Made by a program: the position numbers and the translations under genes. From Candidatus Hinthialibacter antarcticus (GTDB lineage Bacteria > Hinthialibacterota > Hinthialibacteria > Hinthialibacterales > Hinthialibacteraceae): DNA of 64,000 nucleotides. Position 1 is the stretch's first letter, and the number at the start of each line of letters is the position of its first letter. The notes beneath the pieces were generated by a model. That model ran no database searches. It was not told the DNA's origin and saw nothing but the letters and a program-made list of their open reading frames with translations. Positions 19,345 through 27,037 of this stretch are shown here, piece by piece. Location of the stretch: contig JAVCCE010000054.1 of NCBI GenBank assembly GCA_030765645.1, positions 3,568-67,567 of the forward strand, read 5' to 3'.

Positions 19345-22300
19345 TCAAAACTCGCGAGATTCTTGCGCCGGGTCGATGGAAAACCACTTATATAGAGACG
19401 GAATCACAAGAAGCGTGAGGATGGTGGATGTAACCAGTCCGCCGACGACAACGGTCGCGAGAGGGCGTTGTACTTCACTGCCTGCGCCTTCGGAAAAGAG
19501 CAGGGGAATAAGCCCCAACGCGGTCGTGAGCGCGGTCATTAACACCGGACGAAGCCTGAGGGCGGCGCCTTCGACAGACGCTTCGTCAACAGAGACGCCC
19601 TTTCGAAGCAATTCGTTCAGGTAGGTCACCAACACCATTCCGTTTTCAAGCGCGATGCCAAATAACGCGATAAAACCAACGGATGACGGCACGGACAGAT
19701 TTTCACCGGTAATCCATAGCGCGACAACGCCCCCAACCAATGCAAGTGGAATATTGAGCAAAATTAGAAATGAGTTTTTCAAAGAGTTGAAACTTGAATA
19801 CAGCATGAGAAAAATGAGCAAGAGAGTGATTGGGACCACAATCGCTAAGCGTTTGTTCGCTTCTTGTTGCAAGCGAAATTGTCCGCCCCATGTTGCTAGA
19901 TAGCCGGGAGGAAGGTTGACTTGCTCATCAATGGCTTGTTGCGCTTCTTCGACAAAAGAACCGATATCTCTGCCAACGACGTTGCACTGAACGGTGATGA
20001 ACCTCTGGTTGTCTTCCCGCGTGATCTGTCGGGGGCCGATGATCTCCTCAATGGTTGCCAGCTCCCCCAGGGGAACTTTGCTCCCATTGGGGGAAGTGAT
20101 TAGAATCGTACCAATGTCTTCGGGCGTGCTGCGTCTGTCTTTTTGATAGCGGACGTAAATGTCAAACCGCCGAATGCCTTCGAAGATTTGTCCAACGGTC
20201 TCGCCGCCGACCGCAGTGCGAATGACCTCCTGCACGTCAGCCATGTTGATCCCATAGCGGGCTATGGCCTGGCGGTTCGGGCGAATCAATAGTTGTGGTT
20301 TCCCGGCGATCTGGTCGGGTTGAACATCCGCCGCGCCCCGCACGTTCTGTACGACGATCGCGATTTCATCCGCTTTTTCTTTCAAGGTATCCAGGTCGTC
20401 GCCAAAGAGTTTAATCGCCAACTCAGCGCGAACGCCCTCAAGCAATTCATCAATCGTCATCGCGATGGGCTGTGTAAAGTTAGTCGCCACTCCAGGAATC
20501 TCACCGAGTTCTTCTCGAATCACGAGGCTCAAATCTTCTTGATGCCAGTTTGGGTCGCGCCATTCTTTTTGCGGTTTGAGAACGATGTACATTTCCGCGC
20601 TATTGATGGGGTCGGTATGCGCTCCCACCTCTCCACGGCCAATTCGGGATATGACGGTTGTGATTTCGGGGATGCGCATCAAGCGGCGTTCGACGCGAAA
20701 CGTCACATCTTTGCTTTCTTCCAAGGAGATCGAGGGGGCCATGGTTAAGCGGACAATCATCGTGCCTTCTTGGAGTTTGGGGGTAAATTCAGAACCAAGT
20801 TGAGGGAAAATATAAACACCGATTCCAAGAAAAACAGCAACAAGGATCAAAGAGAAAGATCGATGCCGGACAAAAAGCCGCACAAGCGGAAGATAAGGCG
20901 CTTTAAGCCATCGAACCAGAAGGATATCGGTGTTCTGTTTGACTGTTGACCGTGTATTTGGCTTTCGCATAAACACGAATGCAAGCGCTGGGGCGACCGC
21001 AATCGCGAAGATCAGCGAACCGAGCATGGCCATTGCCACCGTGTAGGCTAAGGGGCGAAACGTCATCCCTTCTACGCCTTGAAGGGTAAACAGCGGGATG
21101 AACACAATAATGATAATGGCAATCGAGAACGCAATTGGACGCCCGACTTCCGCGCACGCGCGTGCAATGATATGGATTTTGGACTCTGAAGGCCCCGATT
21201 GGCGAAGAAGGCGGTCAACGTTTTCGACCATAACAATGGTCCCGTCCACCATCATGCCGATGGCAATCGCCAAGCCTCCAAGGGACATTAAGTTTGCCGA
21301 GAGGCCAAAGTAACTCATGCCTAAAGTGGCGAATAACACCGAGAATGGAATGGAGAGAGAAACGACGATGCTAGGCCGAAAGCCGCCCATAAAAATAATC
21401 AAAATCAAAACAACAAATGCAATCCCTTGCGCTAAAGCGTTTGTGACCGTCGCAACGCAGGACTCAACCAAATCCCGTTGCTGATAATAGGGAACAATTT
21501 TTACGCCTTCGGGGAGGATTTTGTTGATCTCTTCGATCTTGTTCTCAACGTGTTCGATTACCGTTGACGAATTCGTCCCGTAGAGTTTAACAACCATCCC
21601 CGCGACAACTTCCTGTTTACCGTTTAAGGTCTGAACGCCTCGACGGACTGCGCCTCCGATGCGTATATCGGCGATGTCTCTTAAGTAAACAGGGCGTCCG
21701 CTTTCACTCTTGATAACGATGCTTTCCAGGTCATCAATTCCATAGGCCAAGCCGACGGAACGCACCAGATATTCTTCCGCGTTCTTTTCAATAAACTGTG
21801 CGCCAACGTTGAGGTTGTTGGCCCGGATTTTTTCGGTCGTTTCGTTTATCGTGATGTCATACTGAAGCAAGGCATCGGGATTGATCACAACGTGATACTG
21901 CTTTTCGTGGCCTCCGATTCCTAACACCTCCGTGACGCCTGAGACCGTTTGGAGGTTAAATTTGATAATCCAGTCTTGGATGGTTCGCATTTCTTCCAAT
22001 GAACGCAAACCCGTCTCATCCTCCAAATAATAGAACAACACTAGTCCCATGCCCGTGGAGATCGGCCCCATCGAGGGTTCGCCGAACCCTTCGGGGATTT
22101 GCTCGCGGGCCTCTTGCAAACGCTCATTCACCAGTTGCCGGGCGAAGTAGATATCGGTTCCTTCTTTGAAGTAAATGTTGACGACAGAAAGCCCAAAATT
22201 CGACACCGAGCGGATTTTTTGTAAGTCGGGCAAACCGTTCATGACAACCTCGACGGGGTATGTCACATAGCGCTCCACTTCCTCAGGAGCGAGACCTTCG

Positions 22301-22458
22301 GTAATGGTGAAAACCTGTACCAATGAGGGTGAGATATCAGGGAACGCATCGACGGGCAGGCGGGTATAGGAATAGTACCCGGCCACCATCACGAGAACCG
22401 CCATAACAAAAACCAGCAATCGGCTGGAAAGAGACGACTTAATCATTTTTTCAATCAT
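19345..22458 (-). CDS. czcA: CzcA/CusA heavy-metal RND efflux permease
   Basis: LPVDAFPD, RSVSNFGLS, ANLMSLGGLAIAIGMMVDGTIVMVEN, RLRPVLMTA, GSEVQRPLA. Confidence 0.93.
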   Translation of the reverse strand: MIEKMIKSSLSSRLLVFVMAVLVMVAGYYSYTRLPVDAFPDISPSLVQVFTITEGLAPEEVERYVTYPVEVVMNGLPDLQKIRSVSNFGLSVVNIYFKEGTDIYFARQLVNERLQEAREQIPEGFGEPSMGPISTGMGLVLFYYLEDETGLRSLEEMRTIQDWIIKFNLQTVSGVTEVLGIGGHEKQYHVVINPDALLQYDITINETTEKIRANNLNVGAQFIEKNAEEYLVRSVGLAYGIDDLESIVIKSESGRPVYLRDIADIRIGGAVRRGVQTLNGKQEVVAGMVVKLYGTNSSTVIEHVENKIEEINKILPEGVKIVPYYQQRDLVESCVATVTNALAQGIAFVVLILIIFMGGFRPSIVVSLSIPFSVLFATLGMSYFGLSANLMSLGGLAIAIGMMVDGTIVMVENVDRLLRQSGPSESKIHIIARACAEVGRPIAFSIAIIIIVFIPLFTLQGVEGMTFRPLAYTVAMAMLGSLIFAIAVAPALAFVFMRKPNTRSTVKQNTDILLVRWLKAPYLPLVRLFVRHRSFSLILVAVFLGIGVYIFPQLGSEFTPKLQEGTMIVRLTMAPSISLEESKDVTFRVERRLMRIPEITTVISRIGRGEVGAHTDPINSAEMYIVLKPQKEWRDPNWHQEDLSLVIREELGEIPGVATNFTQPIAMTIDELLEGVRAELAIKLFGDDLDTLKEKADEIAIVVQNVRGAADVQPDQIAGKPQLLIRPNRQAIARYGINMADVQEVIRTAVGGETVGQIFEGIRRFDIYVRYQKDRRSTPEDIGTILITSPNGSKVPLGELATIEEIIGPRQITREDNQRFITVQCNVVGRDIGSFVEEAQQAIDEQVNLPPGYLATWGGQFRLQQEANKRLAIVVPITLLLIFLMLYSSFNSLKNSFLILLNIPLALVGGVVALWITGENLSVPSSVGFIALFGIALENGMVLVTYLNELLRKGVSVDEASVEGAALRLRPVLMTALTTALGLIPLLFSEGAGSEVQRPLATVVVGGLVTSTILTLLVIPSLYKWFSIDPAQESREF

Positions 22459-22488
22459 AGTAAACCTCGATACCCGTTCGGGCCGTTC

Positions 22489-23850
22489 TTAATGAGAATG
22501 CCCGCCAGAGGCGAACGCCTCTTTTTCCATTTCCGCTTTCAAGGCGAAGCCGCCTTCTGAGACATAGACCTGGCCGGGCTTAAGGCCGGAGACGATTTCT
22601 ACTCCAACTTTATTGGTCCGACCGATCTCGACGAATTGCGGCTCGAACAAGTCTTCATGCTGAACAAAAACGGCCGGTTTGTTTTCGATGGTTTGAATGG
22701 CTGTTTTGGGTACGTAGACAGAGACGGGGAATGTGTCGGCGGCAATCAAGCCATTAACGAATGACCCGGGCCGCAAGACGCCAGTCGGATTATCAACCAC
22801 AACGCGGGCGGTGGCCGTGCGCGTGTGCGTATCCAAAACAGCGCTGATGTATGAAATGGTTCCCTTCGTTTGAAAATCCCCAAAATTAAAAAAGATTTCG
22901 GCAGTTTGCCCATTGCGGACAGAAGAAAGATTGGCTTGATAGAGCGTGAAATTCACCCAAACTTTCTTTAAATCAGCGATGGTAAACACGGAGGTCTCGT
23001 CTTTGACGAACTCTCCGTGTGTGAGGTGTTTTTCTATCACTTGACCTTCAAAAGGCGCGCGGATTTCATAACGCGTTAAGAGGTCATCCGGTTGAGTGGG
23101 AATCTGCTTAATCGCCTCTTCTGAAAACCCTACTGCATGAAGTTGTTGTTCCGCGGCGGTGACGTTGATCCGCGCTTCGGCCAATGTTTGTTTTGATGAA
23201 AGATAATCTTGCTCGGCGGATATCTTTTTCTCCCACAACGCTTTTTCCCGGTTAAAATTGGTTTGGGCTAACTTATACCGTTCCAACGTAGCCAGGTAAC
23301 TTGATTTGAGCGTCGCGAGTTCCCGGCTCTCAAGCACGGCGAGGAGTTCATTTTTTGCCACAGCAGCCCCCAACGATTTGTGGACTTCTTTCACGACTCC
23401 GGGAATGCGCGGGATAATGTGACTGACTGAATCGGGGTTAATAACCACTTCTCCAGAGACTTCGATATGCTTCGTCAGCATCCCCGGCGACGCGATCGCC
23501 GTCTTAATATTGAATTCTTCCAAAGTTGCAGTTGAAAAACGGATAGCGTGTTCCTCATGGTCATCCTCACCGGCGTGAGAATCGCTTTCTTCGTGCCCGT
23601 CTTCATCCGAGTGAACGTCTACATCTGAATGCTCATGGCCTTCGTGCTCTTCTTCATCCGCATGAACGTCTACATCTGAATGCTCATGGCCTTCGTGCCC
23701 TTCTTCATCCGCATGCTCAAGTTCAAGTGGCGCCTTTGAGAAAGCAGCATAGGAATAGCCATTCGTTGGATTAAACAAAACGATTGCGACGGAGAGAAAA
23801 ATCCCCAGGAAAACGGTCATTGCTGAAATAAAGATCATTTTCTTATTCAT
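22489..23850 (-). CDS. czcB: CzcB-type RND periplasmic adaptor with a His/Glu-rich N-terminal repeat
   Basis: N-terminal TM, His-rich tract, IRAPFEGQV, TRTATARV, LRPGSFV, C-terminal GHSH. Confidence 0.92.
   Translation of the reverse strand: MNKKMIFISAMTVFLGIFLSVAIVLFNPTNGYSYAAFSKAPLELEHADEEGHEGHEHSDVDVHADEEEHEGHEHSDVDVHSDEDGHEESDSHAGEDDHEEHAIRFSTATLEEFNIKTAIASPGMLTKHIEVSGEVVINPDSVSHIIPRIPGVVKEVHKSLGAAVAKNELLAVLESRELATLKSSYLATLERYKLAQTNFNREKALWEKKISAEQDYLSSKQTLAEARINVTAAEQQLHAVGFSEEAIKQIPTQPDDLLTRYEIRAPFEGQVIEKHLTHGEFVKDETSVFTIADLKKVWVNFTLYQANLSSVRNGQTAEIFFNFGDFQTKGTISYISAVLDTHTRTATARVVVDNPTGVLRPGSFVNGLIAADTFPVSVYVPKTAIQTIENKPAVFVQHEDLFEPQFVEIGRTNKVGVEIVSGLKPGQVYVSEGGFALKAEMEKEAFASGGHSH
23590..23715. 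repeat. 51-bp in-frame tandem repeat (~2.5 copies) encoding H(A/S)DE(E/D)xHEGHEHSDVDV
   Basis: Units start at 23590, 23641 and 23692 (ttcgtgc...gctcatggcc). Confidence 0.92.
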
Positions 23851-25228
23851 TGTTTTTCACCTCAGGCATTGTCATTTGATCTGCTGGTATTACGTTTTGA
23901 AGCGGTTTGCCGAGCAAGCGCTCAAGGGCGACCCAATGCGCATGAAAATCGGCGGTGGTTTCGATCAACTTGGTCCGTGATTCAAAGAGAGTTCGTTGCG
24001 CATCGAGAACCTCCAGATAGGCGAATTTCCCTTGTTCGTAGCCTTCCCGAACGGCTTCATACGCGCTGTTTGCGCCGGGGAGTATTTCTTTTTTTAACCG
24101 GTCGATTTGGGTACGGGAGGACAACAACGACTGGTAGACAGTTGAGAGAGCGCTAAGCGCTTCAACTGTCACGGCGCGTTTTTCTTCCTCGCCTTTTTGG
24201 ATCCGTTCTCTGGACGCCTGTATTGCGCCCTGGTTGCGGTTGAAAATGTTGAGCGGAAAAGAAACTGCCGCGATGAAGGCTACATCGTCCGATTCATTTA
24301 TATATCGAAGTCCGCCGCTCAGGGTTATATCGGGAACGGCTTGTGAAACCTCGAGGTTGAGCGCTGCTTCGCGCTTTTTCATTTCGGCGCTCCAGCGCTG
24401 TACGTCGGGATTCGCTTCAACTTCAGTAGAAAGTGATTCCAACGAAGGAAGTTCGTGGATATCCCCCAGCGTCCCCGTTGCGAGTTCAAATTGTGGAACA
24501 GCGCTTCCCCAGGCAGCGGCAAGTTGTATCTTTGCCGCTTCGAGTTCACCCTTCGCTTGGTCGAGAAGATTTTGTTCGGCAGCGAGTTCGACGCGTGCGC
24601 GCGTTTCCTCCATGGGAGCGACTCGGCCTGTTTTCACTCGCTCAGAAATAGCAAAAACAGATTCTTCGGCGAGTTGGAGCAGCTCATTAAGAATCTCAAT
24701 TCGCTGCTGAGCGGTCAAAACATCAAAATAGCGCTGGGCGACCTGAGCGAGGACATCCGCGACAGCAACCCGGTAGTCCCATCTTGCGCTTTCAGTTTCC
24801 CACTGAGCAACGACTTGGCGGTTTTCGCGCTTCCCGCCGAATTCAATGAGCTGGCTATAGAGAGCGGTTGCCTCTGCCTGGTTGAAGAGATCAATCGGGC
24901 CGGTTCCAGCAAAATTTTCAAGTTCCGTTTCGAGTTCCGGGTTGGGATAGAAGCCTTCTTGAATCTCAAGCGATTCACGGGCTCGTATCTCCCATGAGAA
25001 AGCGGAAAGCGAAGGATTGTGCAAAAGGGCTAGAGACGCCGCTTGCTGTAGCGTCAAAGGGCCGATGGGTTCAGTGATGCTCGCCATCGGCGAATGATTG
25101 TTAGTTTCATCGTTAAAATATTGGGAATTACTCGTGGTCAAAGTGGCCGGGCTATCATTTGGGGGCGTCGTGGTGACGCACCCCGATGCGATAAATACCA
25201 GCGTGAGAACAATAAGAAATGGACGCAT
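23843..25228 (-). CDS. czcC: CzcC/TolC-family outer-membrane efflux lipoprotein
   Basis: Lipobox IASGC; NPEL...EFGGKR; FNRNQG; YLEVLDAQR; ATG 25228 after gaggagg. Confidence 0.9.
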   Translation of the reverse strand: MRPFLIVLTLVFIASGCVTTTPPNDSPATLTTSNSQYFNDETNNHSPMASITEPIGPLTLQQAASLALLHNPSLSAFSWEIRARESLEIQEGFYPNPELETELENFAGTGPIDLFNQAEATALYSQLIEFGGKRENRQVVAQWETESARWDYRVAVADVLAQVAQRYFDVLTAQQRIEILNELLQLAEESVFAISERVKTGRVAPMEETRARVELAAEQNLLDQAKGELEAAKIQLAAAWGSAVPQFELATGTLGDIHELPSLESLSTEVEANPDVQRWSAEMKKREAALNLEVSQAVPDITLSGGLRYINESDDVAFIAAVSFPLNIFNRNQGAIQASRERIQKGEEEKRAVTVEALSALSTVYQSLLSSRTQIDRLKKEILPGANSAYEAVREGYEQGKFAYLEVLDAQRTLFESRTKLIETTADFHAHWVALERLLGKPLQNVIPADQMTMPEVKNNE

Positions 25229-25360
25229 TTTTGCCTCCTCGTATTTCAGACAGAACAAGATCACGCAAAAGAGAGACAACGCGGAATGACATTCAAGCGG
25301 CGTTGTACTTGCGTAAGGCGCACAATGAAGCGCGTGAGGAAAAACAGAAAAGGCGGTGGA

Positions 25361-25771
25361 TCAAATCAGAAGAATCGTCGAACGAATTTGAGAGGAAAGC
25401 AGGCTTTGATAATGGAACGGGGCGACTTGAGTCAATTGAGATTTTTGGTAGACGGGCGAAACTCGCACAAAAGAATCGAATCTCAGCGATGGAAGATTGA
25501 GCGAGGGCGGTTCGCATTTGGCGGAACCGAGAACAATGGTTTCGTTTTGGAGTAGAGGGATATCAATACAAGCGCCGCAATTATCTTCTTCCTCTTCTTC
25601 TTGAGAAACGAGACTGACAGAGCGTTGGCTATTTGTTGAAGCGCAACATACTTTCTCCTGCGAATTTTCGAAAGAGAAATGTCCGTCGCTTCCAACACAC
25701 AGAACGGCCCCCGAAAATGGAAACTGTAATAGCGTCGAGACGACAAATACCCAATAGAAGAAACGTTTCAT
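25361..25771 (-). CDS. Small exported Cys/His-rich protein upstream of czcC (CzcI-like leader)
   Basis: Hydrophobic N-terminus, LCVGSDGH, CC, acidic run, CGAC; first gene of the metal-efflux unit. Confidence 0.7.
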   Translation of the reverse strand: MKRFFYWVFVVSTLLQFPFSGAVLCVGSDGHFSFENSQEKVCCASTNSQRSVSLVSQEEEEEDNCGACIDIPLLQNETIVLGSAKCEPPSLNLPSLRFDSFVRVSPVYQKSQLTQVAPFHYQSLLSSQIRSTILLI

Positions 25772-25913
25772 TTTATATCCAGAAGAAAACAAGCGCCGTT
25801 CTCGCCTTTGAAAACGGCTTATTATTTTACAGTGTACACGATTATTTCTGTCACCTTTATCATATACCACCTAATTTCTCATCCACAAGTGTCTGGCATT
25901 AGAAGCGAGGTCA

Positions 25914-26750
25914 TTATTCCGAAACGATTTCTTTAACAAAACGAACCAAGATATCATGCGCAGGCTTGGCCATACCGCCGTGATCGAAACCTTGCAGTTC
26001 ATACAGCGTCGTCGCCTTATGCCCGGCGCCTTTCATCATCCGCGCCATGTAGGCGTTTTCTTCATACCGCCCCAACATCTCCATCTCGCGGTCGCCGGTA
26101 ATAAACACAATCGGCGGCGCGTCAGACCGGACGTGATATAACGGCGCAAATTTATCAACAATCGGTCGCTCGCGCGGGATGCCGCGTTCATCACGCACAG
26201 TAAAATGGGTGATGGTGTGTCCGCTGAATGGAATCAATCCAGCGATGCGGTCGGCGTCAACGCCGTGCTTCGCCAGCCAGCGTTTATCGAGGCCAACCAT
26301 GCTGGTGAGATAACCGCCTGCGGAATGGCCCGAAACAAACACCCGCTGCGGGCTGCCGCCGAATTCGTCGATGCGCTTCATCACCCACGCAACAGAGGCC
26401 GCCGCGTCTTCGATATAAGCGGGGCATTTCACCTTGGGATTCAGCCGATAGTTTACCGCCGCAACGGCGAAACCCTGTTCTTTCAGCGCTTGCGGAACAG
26501 AACGATTGCCCGCCTGCAAACCGCCGCCGTGAAACCAGACGATGGTGGGGAAATCTTTAAGACCGGTTGGATAGTAGAGATCAAGGCGGCATCGCTCATT
26601 GATATACGCATCCTCCAAACTCGCCGCATTTTCATAATAAAGAATGTCCGTCTTGGTTGTGTATTCGACCTTGGCGTCTTGCGCAACGCACAATTGCGCG
26701 ACCGCTATCATCAAACAAACTGAAATCGTGAATGGGTAGTATTTTTTCAT
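25914..26750 (-). CDS. Secreted alpha/beta hydrolase (HSL-like esterase)
   Basis: HGGG oxyanion motif, VNYRL, GHSAGG nucleophile elbow, DH near C-terminus. Confidence 0.9.
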   Translation of the reverse strand: MKKYYPFTISVCLMIAVAQLCVAQDAKVEYTTKTDILYYENAASLEDAYINERCRLDLYYPTGLKDFPTIVWFHGGGLQAGNRSVPQALKEQGFAVAAVNYRLNPKVKCPAYIEDAAASVAWVMKRIDEFGGSPQRVFVSGHSAGGYLTSMVGLDKRWLAKHGVDADRIAGLIPFSGHTITHFTVRDERGIPRERPIVDKFAPLYHVRSDAPPIVFITGDREMEMLGRYEENAYMARMMKGAGHKATTLYELQGFDHGGMAKPAHDILVRFVKEIVSE

Positions 26751-26770
26751 TTTTCACCTATCAAATTTTA

Positions 26771-27032
26771 GGTTCATCCGGCAAGTGAGTACTTACATTG
26801 ATGGATGGCCATAATTTTTATTGAGAAACAGGCTCCGGCATTTCATAAATTGACAAACCAATCAGGCATGAGTGGAACTCTGGGAGCGCCTGTGCATAAG
26901 GGCTTGAAAGCCCGCACTGAAGCGAGCAGAGTTGTACCCATGCCTGATACAGCGAAAGATCAAGCATTTACGAAAAAACGTCAAAAAAACGCAATTCAAT
27001 TTGTGATAAAGTATCCAAATACCGGAAGAACC
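26771..27032. mobile_element. MITE copy 2 (intact, 262 bp, opposite orientation to copy 1)
   Basis: ggttcatccggca.../...taccggaagaacc; flanks aaatttta (26763-26770) and gaatttta (27033-27040); hairpin 26861-26948. Confidence 0.88.
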
Positions 27033-27037
27033 GAATT

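Noticed and set aside
19345..25771. czc cluster as a transposon or genomic island
   Set aside because: No transposase, integrase, tRNA or boundary repeats seen
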